Assembly: GCA_013239625.1 (NCBI GenBank)
Contig: MU053652.1
Span: 5,757,902 to 5,821,901 of the forward strand
Length of the DNA: 64,000 bases
Reading direction: 5' to 3'
DNA from: Lama guanicoe
Lineage: Eukaryota
Shown here: positions 24,041 through 36,500 of the stretch, one piece after another
Position numbering within the stretch: the first letter of the stretch is position 1
How the letters are laid out: each line of letters begins with the position of its first letter
Made by a program: the position numbers and the translations under genes
The notes under the pieces: generated by a model
What the model was told of the DNA's origin: nothing
The model's database searches: none
What the model saw: only the letters and a program-made list of their open reading frames with translations

Positions 24041-25738
24041 AAAAAAAAATCCTTAAAATGACTGAATCTGGAGTTTACCTGATCGAGTAGGAAAAGAACC
24101 CCACTGGGGTTTGTTAACAGGAAGACAGACTTGAATTGACAGCAGTAATTAATCTCTTGAGACTAAATAAAGAAAAAGAACTCAGCTGAGTCTGTGGAAC
24201 ACCAACAAACACCTATGAATACTAGTTATAAAGAAAATGGATCATTTATGTTGATCCTGGCTCTTGGGAAAGAGGGAATGTTCTTCGGAAGCCGCTGGTG
24301 TAGCAGGAGACTGAGAGCCACTTTTATTTATATATTTTTTAGCCCTCAGGTCAGCAGAAAGAATGAGTTGATAGGGATTCAAACAGTTTTCATTGAGAAC
24401 CTTTCTGCTGTTCTGGTTTTTGCATCCAGCCAAGAGGAAAATGTTATTTTACAGCCTTTGTGTTGGTGTTGATGGGTTCTTAGGAGACTGCTTGAGGAAA
24501 GGAAGGTGGGAGAGGCAGATAGGACACTTCTAAAAGAAAGGCTTAAATATTGGCTGTTATCCAGGCATAAGTAATATTGGAAAGGGATTGTCAACCAAAC
24601 CTACATAGAAACATTTCACTTGAGGTCACTGTCAATTCTTTTTCTTAAGGGCTAGTAATGAATGTGTTCTTAATTTACATATATACCTTCTCATTTTTGT
24701 GTGGGTTTATCTCAGTTGTTTCACTCCAATTCTTCTGCCTTTATCCTGAATTGAAGTGAAAAATGAAATGTGTGAAACATTGTGAGAAAATTTGGCAAGC
24801 ATCTCTCATTCTGAAGCCTGATGGTAATTGTTATTAAGGGATTACAGGAAAATCTGACAGTGTAATTTAGGGATTCTCAGTTTATTCACAGATTCTTCTT
24901 CTCCCTCTACCTTGCTCAGCAAAGACATTCCTGTCTTTCTCATAAAATCTAAACTCTGCTCATTGGCTTGTTGGCTCTTCCAATAATATTTCATTCAGTG
25001 CAAACAGTAATAATACGATAACTACAATACTAAGAACAAGCATTTAGTGGATGCACAGTACTGTGCTAAGCAATGTACAGATTATTTGGTTTACTTCTCA
25101 CAACAACCCTATAAGGAAGTTACTATTATTATCCCATTTTACAGATGAGGAAATAGAGTTAGAGACATTAAATAAATTGTTTGAGCACCACAGTGAGGAA
25201 GTGGTGGACCTATAGAAAAACCCAGGCCTGGAAGTGAAATTAGAGCATTACGTGTTGATTTCTCAGAAGAGGGAGGGAAGTTGCTGAACAAAATACAGGA
25301 CACTCAGTTACACATGACTTGTAACTGAACAATAAATGATTTTTAGGGTCTGTCCCCTGTATTGCATGAGATGTGGACAGCTGTATTTTTATTTGCTATG
25401 TCTGGCAGCACTAACCACACTTGCCTATTGGCAGAATCATCTTTGAGCCAGAAAGTTCATTCAAAGCCATCTACCTCCAGTGTCTTAATATACAGAAGAG
25501 CTCAGGGGTCTTCAGATTTTCACATTTCTGTGACTGGCATCAAAGCAAGGTTTAGGATTGTCTCTGAAGTAAGTCCTCAGCAGTTTTCCGTCTGACTACC
25601 AAGTGAGACTGTCCTTGTTATTTCCAACAGTATTTCTCTCCTGCCTGTTTTCTGAATTGGTGTCTGGAAAGCAAATTTTTGCAAACACTCTACCAATAAC
25701 GATGTGGGGAGACGTGGAGGCAGGGAGGGAGGAAGCAA
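24041..25738 (+). repeat. Copy 2 of the 1.7 kb duplication
   Basis: Starts exactly at the gap end and continues into unique sequence after 25738. Confidence 0.97.
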
Positions 25739-26545
25739 GAAGTAAAAGTTCCTGACTGCTCCTGTGTGTGGGCAACACCCAACATCCTTTCCATATGGCG
25801 TCTCCTTTGGTAGAAACCAGAGGCATGAATATAATGGCATATATTAAACATCTACTTGTCCTGGTAACGTTTCTTCTAAGACCTTGGCCGGGGGGGTCCA
25901 ATTTGAATGACTACCAGTGTTACCAGAGAGCGAATAAATAGGAATGCATTTTATAAAGTAGTCGTCCTTTTAGCAGATAGTAAATTAAAATGCTGTATAA
26001 TTCACTGGAGTTCAATATTGGGTCATTTTCCTCAAAGAAGAGAGAGGTATTAATTAGTCTGCTGCTTGGAGGCTTCATTATATATGCTTCATTCCCTTTG
26101 CTGTTGTAACAAACAGTTCCTGGGCGCTGGAGCCCGGGCTGATTAACTTGAAGAGCTGCCTCTTGATAACTCTCCTCCTGACAGACACTGTTAAATAGGG
26201 GAGAATGGGATAGAGGAGTGGAAAAAAGAAAAAAAAAAGAACCATGAACCTCTGGCTTTTTTCATGATGTGAGAAAGCAAATAAATGCAACACCTCAGCC
26301 GACAAAAGTGAAATAAATGACTCGAGTTGTCCAGCTTAGCCATGGGGTTCCTTTAGGCTGAAAATCAAATGTACTGGAGGCTTTTCACAGTTGGAGTGAG
26401 TCGTGAACAGCTAAGAGACGACAGAAAGCTTCTTGAGGTCTTGTCTTTGGGAAAAAGAAAGATGCCTCTGCTGAAACCGGTAAATTAAGACTGATTGTAT
26501 TTGAAGAATAGAAACTCATAACTGTGTTGAATACAAGGGACGGAA

Positions 26546-29088
26546 TTTTTTTTTCCTTTTTTAATTGAGGTATAGTCAGTTCACAATGTTTTGTCAATTT
26601 CTGGTGTACAGCATAATGCTTCGGTCATACATGTACATACATATATTTGTTTTCATATTCCTTTTCATTATATGTTACTACAAGATACTGAATATGTGAG
26701 TCTGTTTCTGATTTGTAAGTAAGTTAATTTGTGTCTTTTTCTTTTAGATTCTATATATAAATTATATCATATGGTCTTTTTCTTTTTCTTTTTGGCTTAT
26801 TTCACTTAGGATAACTATTTCCAGGTCAGTCCATGTTTCTGCAAAAGGCATTATTTTATTATTTTTTGTGGCTGAGTAGTATTCCATTGTATAAATATAT
26901 CACAACTTCTTTATCCAGTCATCTGTCAATGGACATTTAAGTTGTATCCATGTCTTGGCTATTGTAAATAGTGCTGCTGTGAACATTGGGGTGCACATAT
27001 CCTTTTGAATTAAGGTTCTCTTTGGATATATGCCCAGGAGTGGGATTACTGGATCATATGGTAAGTCTATTTTTAGTTTTTTTGAGGAATCTCCATACTG
27101 TTTTCTATAACAGCTACACCAAACTACGTTCTCACCAACAGTGTAGGAGGGTTCCCTTTTCTCTGCACTCTCTCCAACATTTATTGTTTTTGCTTGTTTG
27201 TTTTTGGTTGGGGAAGTAATTAGTTTTACTTATTTATTTATTTTTTAAATGGAGGTACTGGGGATTGAACCCAGGACCCTGTGCATGCTAGGTATGTACT
27301 CTACCACTGAGCTATACCCTCCCTTCTTTGTGGAATTTTTAATGATGGCCATTTTGACTTGTGTGAGGTGATACTTCATCAGAGTTTTGATTTGCATTTC
27401 TCTGATAATTAGTGATATTGAGCATTTTTGCATATACCTGTTTGCCACTTGTATGTGTTCATTGGAGAATTGCTTGTTTAGGTCTTCTGCACATTTTTGG
27501 ATTAGATTTTTTGTTGTTGTTGTTATTAAGGTGTATGAGCTCTTTTTATATTCTGGAAATTAAACCCTTATCAGTCACATTATTTGCAAATACTTTTTTC
27601 CCATTCTGTAGGTTGTCTTTTTGTTTTGCTTATGGTTTCCTTTGCTGTGCAGAAGCTTTTAAGTTTAATTAGGTCCCATTTGTTCATTTTTGCTTTTATT
27701 TCTATTGCCTGGGTAGATAGCCCTAGGGGAACATTGGTAAGATTTATGTGGAAAAATGTGTTGTCTATGTTTTCTTCTAAGAATTTTATAGTTTCTTGTC
27801 CTATGTTTAAGTCTTTAAGCCACTTTGAGTTTATTTTTGTGTATGGTGTGAGGGAGTGTTCTAAATTCACTGATTTACATGCAGCTGTCCAGTTTTCCCA
27901 ACACCACTTGCTAAAGATATTGTCTTTTCTTCATTATATAATCTTGCCTCCTTTGTCGAAGACTAATTGACCATAAGTGTGTGGGTTTATTTCTGTGCTC
28001 TCTATTCTGTTCCATTGATCCATGTCTACTTTTGTGCCAGTACCATGCTGCTATGATTACTGTAGCTCTGTAGTGTTGTCTGAAGTCTGGGAGGGTTATT
28101 CCTCCAGATTCATTCTGTTTCTTCAGTATTGCTTTGGCAATTTTGGGTCTTCTGTGGTTCCATACAATTTTAGGATTATTTGCTCTGGTTCTGTGAAAAA
28201 TGTCGTGGGTAATTTGATAGGGATGGCATTAAAACCTGTAGATTGCTTTGGGTAGTATCACCATTTTAACAATATTGACTCTTCCAATCTAAGAACATGG
28301 GATATCTTTCCATTTCTTTAAGTCATCTTTAATTTCCTTAATCAGTGTTTTGTAGTTCTCCACATATGTCTTTCACTTCCTTGGTCAGATTTATTCCTAA
28401 GTATTTTATTTTCTGGTTGCAATTTTTAAAGGGATTGTTTCTTTAATTTCTTTTTCTGATATTTATTATTAGTATAAAGAAATGCAACTGATTTCTGTAT
28501 GTTAATCTTGTATTCTGCTACCTTGCTGAATTCTTTCATAAGCTCTAGTAGTTTTTGTGTGGAGCCTCAGTCTGCACCAAAGTCCAGCCCTCTGAGGCTG
28601 CCTCTGCACAGTCATCCCCAGTCCTCTCCCTGGGCTTGTCTGCGGGAGCCCAGGCTCCAGCAGTCAGACCTGGCCCGTCCCCACTGGCTTGCATCTCAGG
28701 CTAGGGACCGAAAGGACCCTTTGTGCTGTTTTCTCTCCGTTCTGTCTTCCAGGTGACTCTTACTTTCTCCTCTAAGCCTTGGAAGCTCCCTTTCTGTCCT
28801 GACTGACCTCCCTGCTGGAGAGGGGGCATCCCAGAGAAAGGACACTTATCCTTCTTTGCTGCTCCTTCCTGCCAGACAGGTCCCACAATGATTTCCTTTT
28901 TCTTTTCTCTTCTTTTTTTTCTCCTACTTGTTTTTGTGAGGAATCTTCTTGAATTTCTGAAGTAATTTCTGCCAAAGTTCAGCAGGTATTCTGTGTGAAT
29001 TATTCAGCCTGTAGGTGTAATTTTCGGTGTATCCATGGGAGAGGATGAGCTATGCGTCTTCCCACTCTGCCACCTTGGCAATCCCCCC
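26546..29088 (-). mobile_element. LINE-1 with intact 5' end, lacking ORF1 and the 5' half of ORF2
   Basis: 5' end GGGGGGATTGCCAAGGTGGCAGAGTGGGAAGAC at 29088 (L1 CAAGATGGC-type start). About 520 nt of GC-richer 5' UTR joins at 28566/28565 to ORF2 [33 protein letters not shown], then [30 protein letters not shown], 3' UTR and polyA (T-run at 26546). Confidence 0.9.
27185..27325 (-). mobile_element. Vic-1-like SINE nested in the L1
   Basis: ggggattgaacccaggacc...ctaccactgagctataccctccc with tail, interrupting ORF2 between MAIIKNST and the CWR-like motif. Confidence 0.9.
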
Positions 29089-29089
29089 T

Positions 29090-30840
29090 ACTTTGCATTT
29101 TGTTGTTATTTCTCCTTAGCCTCCTGAAATCTGTAACAGTTTTTCTTCTTTCCTTGACCTTCATGACCTTGACTTTTTGAAGAGTCTAGATCAGTTATTT
29201 TGCCAAATGTCCCTCAAGTTGGATGTGTCTGGTGTTTTCCCATGATTGGATTTAGGTAATGTATTTTTTGGCAAGAGTACCACAGAAATGATGTTGCCTC
29301 CCTCTTAGTAATCATATCATGGGGTTCATGATGTCAAAATGCTTCATAACTGGTCATTTTTGACTTTGATCACTTGATTAAGATGGTTTCTGCTGGGTTT
29401 CTTGACTTGACAGTTATTATCTTACCCTTTGTTAAATATCTTGAGAGAAAACGCTTTGAGGCTATGCAAATCCTGTTTCTCTTCAAACTTTCACCTATCG
29501 ATTTTAGCATACTTTGGTGAATCTCAGTTCTGTAGCAGTCATTACTATGGTATTTGCTTAATGGTGATTTTCTGTTTTTCTCTTTCCTTCAGTATTTATT
29601 ACCTGGAAATCTGTAGCAAGGAAAAGCTATCTTTCTCTCCCATCTATCTAGGTAATTGATTATTTATATCAATGAGCGTGAACTGGTGGATATTTACTTG
29701 AGTCAATGAGTCATAATGCAATATAAACATTAGTTATTTTTTCACTCAACTTGTTCCAACTTTGGCTTTTTGGAGCTTCTTCAGATTGGTGATCTCTTGA
29801 TAACCCCTGTCTTTTTTTTTTTTTTAAGCATTTCTTTCCTTTTTGCTTCACACTATATTCCAGTCTCATTTGTGTTTTCCCTGCCTTAGCCTTGGAATCA
29901 ACCACTTGAAGTTTTCTTTTGTTGGAGAATGGTGTTTAGAAACTGAGATCTTCGTGATAGGTGTGCTTTTTACTCTTGGGGTGTCATTAAGCCCTCTCAG
30001 TGGACAGAATTCAGAAATATACCCATGTATACCAACCTGCATAATACGTACATGCACATCTATTTGTATATCTATCTTTATATATATTTAAAGCTATACA
30101 GTTATATTGTTACCTCAGGGTTCACTGCTGTCTTCTCCCTTTCTTTATGTATGAATTCTTTCTCTAATAGTGAGAAATCTATTTCTTATTTTCTACAATA
30201 TATTTACTTATTTGTTGGATTCTATTGTACACATAAAGTAGTTTCAGAATTGCTAACTCATACGACTGTAAGAAACACATTTACTGACTTAATTATAACA
30301 TTTATCTAGTTATTTTTATCTTTAGCCCTACAGTATCCAGTCAAGATATTGTTTTCCAGAATTATTTGGGTCAGTTTCTCCCACTTCTTCAGCATGGTTG
30401 TGTGGTCCATTTGTAATAGAGTGATGTTCATTTGTTAATTTTTGTATTGCATTTTGGTATTTCTCCCTTATTTCTCATCCAAGTTTTAATTGTTTATTGC
30501 TTGAGGGTATATGAAAGGTATGAACCATAACTGTGGCTTTACACAATGATGTTCTCAGAGAAGCGTCACTCCATCCTTGTCCCTGCTACCCAACACCCAT
30601 TCCCCCTTCTTTCCAGCCCTTTAACATCCACCCCCTTTACATATCCAATCTCTTTGGTTTCAGGTTAATCCTTCCCGTATTTCCTTTGTACAGATGGGCA
30701 GTTACACGTGTATTCTCTTGTAATCACTTCTTTCTTACACAAAGGGTACCATATTATAAATACTCTTTTTGCACTTTGCTTTTTTCACTTATCAGCTGGT
30801 AGAGATCTTCCTTAATATATTTCACAGCTGTTTTGTACTC
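29090..30840 (-). mobile_element. Old L1M (L1MC/L1MD-like) 3' region
   Basis: ttgcattttgttgtt...ttcatgaccttgactttttgaagagt...tttttggcaagagtaccacagaaatgatg...ttgatcacttgattaagatgg are L1MC-type motifs. Confidence 0.7.
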
Positions 30841-31179
30841 CATTCTACAGCTGTGTAACAATATCTTCTTCATGTACCTCTTTCCCTTGGAGAAAGGCAC
30901 ACCAGTTAACAGGCTAAGGAAGTTTAAAATGGTAACAACAAGAAGAGAGAGAAAAAGCTTTAAAAATAACTTAAAAATGGAGCAAACTGGACAAAGTTGG
31001 TAAATGTAGCTGCTGCATTTATATCAATCCAGATGGAACAAAGCGGGAGTAAATTGTCATAATTTACTAGCTTACTGCTATCGGAGATGTCTTTGCATAT
31101 GTTTTGACTTTTTGTTCACACCTTAGCGCAGTGAGTAGGAGCAGTCTCTGCCATTATTGGTTTGGACAATCAAACGTTT

Positions 31180-31335
31180 TGAATTTTCACAGCTTCGTAA
31201 GGATATGAATTTGGGCACGTTATTTAGCATCCTCATACCTGTTTCCCTTGTCTGTAGAAGAGCAATAATAAGAATGTCTGCCTCACAGGGTTAAAGTTAA
31301 ACTGTGAGAAACAGGACAGTGCAAGGAATATAGTA
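31180..31335 (+). mobile_element. MIR fragment
   Basis: ttgggcacgttatttagc...tttcccttgtctgtagaag...ctgcctcacagggtt. Confidence 0.55.
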
Positions 31336-32929
31336 AACCCCCCACTGGAAATGACAGTCATCACTGTGTTGCCAGCTGCTCTCACCTGTTACAGTACTTT
31401 GCACGCTGAGCCAATGTTTTTGATGGTTTGATTTATATACATGGTTCGCAACCCTTGGTATATTTTAGTAATAAATAGCTGTTTTTATATAAAATTCATG
31501 CTAATGAGAGAGAGCAAGTGGTGGGGAGAAGAAAAGGGAGGGAGAATACATAAAAAGAAAATGAAAATGATTCCTAATTTTACTAACCAGAGAAAAATCA
31601 CTTCCAGTATCTTAGTATAAATCCTTCCAGATAATTTTCTGTACTTACGCACTCAGTGTAAACCTTTTGACATGATATGTATTTTTAATAAAAATGGTAT
31701 CATATTCCACATCCTTGTGTCATTCATTTAAAATTTTATTATGAATATTTTCCCAGAGTATTATTCTTTTCACCAGAAGACTTGGCCAGATCATTGGGTC
31801 ACTTCAGCCTAAGGTCTGATCAATGAAATATGAGACAAAATTGAACAAGCAGATGGACAAACTAGCCAAAAAAGGCTCAGTGAAATTAGGTGTTGGAATC
31901 ACCTGGGTGCTCAACTCAACTAAACATATTTTTGTAAATGTTACATTTGCCAAGTACTTACCTGGAAAATACAGAGTTAAATTCAGGGAATTAATCCCTT
32001 GCTTCTTAAACTTTTGTTTGTGATGCTCATTTTAGTGGTATTAGTAAGTGAGGGAATTAACCTCAACTTGAAACCCACGTCTTTGATCTAAAATGCTTGA
32101 CAGAAGTCTCCGGGCTTCCTCTGAGGCTGCAGTTCTAAAAGAGGCATTTTCATCATGACTATGGTTTATAAAAGTAATAAGTAATGTTTCAGAGTTTTGA
32201 AGAAGAATTATGTAGGTAAAAGCTGCCACACAGGTCTCCTCCCCTCCCTTCCTCCTTCCCACCTTTCCTCCCTCCGCTGGCTGCATTATGCAAGAAGTAT
32301 TTATTGCTGGTCTCTTGATATTGCCAACATTTTACATGGTGCTGAGACTTATGAAAATTTCTAGCAATGTAGAAGATTTAACTTTATTTCCATTTTTTAA
32401 TTCATGAAGGTAAGAAGTGAGTAGATGAAAATTCAGCAGACTTCCAATCTAAACGGACATTTTTAAACCCCAACTCTTAACTCACAAAACCACCCTGAGG
32501 TAGGAGGAACAAAGCTAGGCATATTGGTTTTTTTTTTTCCACCATATTAAACATAAGACTGTAATATATCTTTTGATTCTAGCATGAAAATCTAGTACTA
32601 GACTTTGCTACTTTTGAAAGAGGGTCTACTCAGTGGTAGAAGGAAGAAAATAGTTTTTAAAAATTTTATTAGTTACTCCTAGGTTAGATCTGATCCTTTA
32701 TGAGCTTAGCATAAATGTGCTTCATAAGAATATACGAAATGCTGCTATGGAATGAAGGAGAGGCCCTTAAAATGTAGTATTTTCTCTCTGAGAGCTCTAG
32801 AGGGGAAGGAAAGGGATGAGATATTGAGGACAGTGTTTTTAGAACCATCTGCCAGGTTCCAGACTTCTTTAGGAACAGGCAAGGTGCTGGACTACATGAT
32901 GCTACATGAAAATCATCATCATTGTGGAT

Positions 32930-33145
32930 TGTGGAGGGCTTACTGTGTGCCAGATCTGTGCTGAGTGCTTCACAGGCATCATTCATTTAATACATCCATG
33001 GTACAAGGCAAGTGTTACTGTTATCTCCATCCTGCAGATGGGGACCCTGGATCTTGGAGAAGTGAAATAACCTTGTCAAAGTTACGCAGCTATTAAGTCA
33101 GTAAACCACCTGCTGAGATTTAACCCATGGTCTGTCGGACTCCTG
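32930..33145 (-). mobile_element. MIR SINE
   Basis: gcttactgtgtgccaga...cattcatttaat...cagatgggga...gagaagtgaaataaccttgtcaaagttacgcagct. Confidence 0.8.
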
Positions 33146-33639
33146 CTTCAGGGCTGCCTGTGACTGTCTTGTGGGTCTCTGGATTCCCTGGGGCCATGGT
33201 TCTCTTGGGGACCAGCCCTGCCTTTATTCACTGATCCAGCTGTGAGCAGCAGTGGGCTCTTGTCCTAGGCCTGGCCCTTCCAGGAGTCCTGAGCATCTCC
33301 AAAGCCTTCCCTGTGAGACTGTGTGGAACTTTTCAGCTGGAGGGAATGAAATCCAGCAGAAACTAGTGGAAAGGGCAGGAGACATATATTAGCTTCCCAA
33401 TGCTCTCATTTCTGTACTGATCAATTTTTTTCTCTCTACATCATTAGCTGAGCTTTCTTGTCTCCTCTTTTATAGGAGCACTTTCTGTGTTGAAAGCAGG
33501 GATAACAGTGTCCTTTACCTGTTTATGGTCTTTTAGTGGCTCACTTGTCATCTCCCTAGGCAAAAGTCAAAGCTCTTTTTGTTGGCATTATCCGTTCTTA
33601 CCTCTTTCTTCTTTCATGTCTCCTTACATCACCAACCTG

Positions 33640-34065
33640 CATCCTAGGTTCAAGTTTATCCAACTGCTTACAGTCTCCCAAACACGGGTGTGTGTGTGTG
33701 TTTTAAATGTCTTTGCATATTTTGTATTCTCTGCCTTTTCCTCCCCTGCCCTGTATGCTTTACAGACTCCTTATTTTTCAAAATGCAGCTCAATTTTCTC
33801 CTCCTCCATGAAACTTTCCATGTTTCTTCAAACTTTCCATGATTACTTCAAAGGAAGTAATCCTTCCTCTGGATTCTCATAGGATCCCACAAATGCCTCT
33901 GCCTTAGCATGTGTGTTAGGGTTTGGCAACCATTCCCTCCTTTTTCACTTCCCTTGGACTGTGAGCTGCATGAGGCCCGTGAGTTTGTCTTAGTGCTCTT
34001 TGCATCCTGAGTGCCTAGCGACGTCAGCTGAACGTTCAGTAAGTCTTGCTTGAATGGATTCATGG
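33640..34065 (+). mobile_element. L2 LINE 3' region
   Basis: ggactgtgagctgcatgaggccc...gtgcctagc...cagtaagtcttgcttgaatggat. Confidence 0.7.
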
Positions 34066-35135
34066 GTGGGCCAGGAATTAGAAAACATAAAACTAGAACT
34101 TATCCTGCTCACTGAATTGCTTTAATGGAATGTGAGAAATTATAGGAACTTTCAGGGCCTTGGTTTCCTCATTTGTGAGATGAAGATGTTGACTGTAGTC
34201 TTTAACGTCTCTTCCTTGGAGGACATTTACAATTTAGCCAGGTTAACAGTGAGACCTTAGGGGCTTCTGATGGCAACTACTTTGCAGCTTGCTTTGCCTG
34301 AGAGCTTCATTTCAGTCCAAGTTTTTCCAATGAGTGATTTGGACTGAGAGAAAGGACATCGAAATCTTTGAAGACTGAAATGGAATGAGAAGGTTGCTTT
34401 TACGGTAGGAAGGCCTCGGAGCTTGTCATAGGGTCGTGGGATGTTCAGATTGGGAGGCACCTAAGAAATAAGTCATTTAACCTCTTTGTTTCATAAAATT
34501 TTCTTTTTTAAATTAAGACCTGGAGAGTTTAAGTCACTTGCTCAAAGTCACAGCTCAAGTTTGCAGGACAATGCAGCCTGTGGATGCTCAGGTCTGGACT
34601 CTTCTGCCACACCAAGCACTTGATCTATGTCACTAAATCAAGATATGGAAGAATATTGCACAAAGATGTGTTTTGGGGTCACAGATGACTCAGTTTGGAG
34701 CAAATTTAATGAAAGATTAGAATTTCTGATTTCTCTTCCTATTCGTATTGGCTTGGCATCTGCTGCCAAAGGCAGAACATGTTTATGAGCAATTTGTTGT
34801 TTGTTGTCTTTCTTTTCCCTCCCCCCAGCATTGGTCACAGAAGGCTCATGACGGGTAGATGAAAGTACAGGACAGACCATGCTAGGAAATACGCTGAAAG
34901 ATTCCATTTGAGCCTCACTTGGTGGGGCTCCCACTTCATAGAAGATAAAGTAAATACCTTCTAAATAAGAAACCGGACAGCCTGTGGGAAAAATAGAGCA
35001 AGTTTTGATGTCAGACCATAATGATGACATTAATAGTAGAGGCTTGGAGTGTCTAGGTCCGAGTCAGTAGGTTACCTTTGCTAGAATGGACAGACCTTTT
35101 CTCTACTCTTAAGAATCTCATATGTAGGGAATGCA

Positions 35136-35645
35136 TGTATTAGCTATTAAGGCATAACAAAACCACTTCAAATACAGTGGCCTAAAGCACTAAGTATTTA
35201 TTGTTTATGGGTTTAAGGGTCAGCTGGACATTTCTTCTGGTCTCAGCTAGGCTTCTGCAGTCACTGTGGGTCAGGTAGGCAGATTTGCTGATTTTGACTG
35301 GGTGCTGTTATACGTTTGGTGGTTAACTGTCTGTAAGCAGGTGTAGAATAGCTTTGGCTGGGATAACTAGACTCTTCTCCACCTGGTTTGTCAATCTCCA
35401 GCAGGCTAGTCAAGGCTCTTCCCAAGAAATGTAAGCCTAGCTGTGGAAGAGGGGGACCAAGGAGAAGCATGCCAGCCTTTTGAGACCTAGTTTGTACTTG
35501 ACACACCATCATTGCATTTGCATTGTGTAGGCCAAAGCAAGGCACAAGGCCAGCCAGGGTTAGAAGGAAGAAGACTATAAAGTTACAGGGCAAAGGCTGT
35601 GGATAGAGAAAGGTCATTAATTGGGGCCATCAATATATTACAACA
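35136..35645 (-). mobile_element. MaLR (MLT1-type) solo LTR
   Basis: TG...CA ends; cataacaaaaccacttcaaatacagtggcctaaagcac...tatttatt start; ggccaaagcaaggcacaaggccagcc; aattggggccat end. Confidence 0.8.
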
Positions 35646-36007
35646 CGTGAACACAAGTTCATAAATATGAGAACAATACAGAATCAGGTAGAGTAAAAGG
35701 GAAAAGTCTCCTCTTGACTTTCTTCCTCTCTTCTACTTTCTCCCCAAGGTTAACAATGTAAAAAATTCTCTATATTCTTCTAGGCCTGTATGTATGTGTG
35801 TATAATGTATGCATATACATATAGTGTCCTGGTAGATATGAAGTAATATGTTATTAGTCATTTGTACCTTTTTCTGATTATTATTGAACTTCAGCAACTT
35901 CTCATACACTTATTGGAATTTGGGATCTTATTTTTGCTGAAATAATATGCATCTTTTGTTCATTTTTCTATGAGATTGTTTGGCTTTTTTATTGATTTTT
36001 ATAAGTC

Positions 36008-36103
36008 ATATATATATATATTTTAATGTAGGTACTGGGGATTGAACCCAGGACCTCATGTACGCTAAACATGCACTCTACCACTGAGCTATATCTCCAA
36101 CCC
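36008..36103 (-). mobile_element. Vic-1-like SINE with (TA)n tail
   Basis: ggtactggggattgaacccaggacctcatg...ctaccactgagctata. Confidence 0.9.
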
Positions 36104-36111
36104 TTTATATA

Positions 36112-36500
36112 CATTATATTTTTTAACTTACAAGCTTTTTAAAAATTTTGTTTTTTATTGAAGCATGGTTGATTTACAATGTTAGTTTTGGGTGTACAGT
36201 AAAGTGATTCAGTTATACATATACATACATACATGTATTTTTTTTTCAGATTCTTTTCCATTATATGTTGTTACAAGAAAATGAATATAGTTCCTTGTGC
36301 TATACAGTAGGTCTTTGCTGTTTAATCTATTTTATATATAGTAATGTGCATCTGTCAATCTTGAACTAATTTATCCCTCTCCCATCCTTCCCCCTTTAGT
36401 AACTACAGTTTGTTTTTTATGTCTGTCAGTCTATTTCTGGTTTGTAAATAAGATTTGTATCATTTTTTTTAGATTCCACATATAAATGATATCACACAAT
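36112..36500 (-). mobile_element. LINE-1 3' UTR fragment inserted into an older L1M
   Basis: ttgatttacaatgttag...gtacagtaaagtgattcagttatacat...agattccacatataaatgatatcac; flanked by 13-bp repeat AACCCTTTATATA (36099, 36501). Confidence 0.85.

Noticed and set aside
23271..24061. Two long ORFs (261 and 229 aa)
   Set aside because: Artefacts of translating through the N gap
27584..28756. Plus-strand hydrophobic ORFs
   Set aside because: Antisense translations of L1 ORF2
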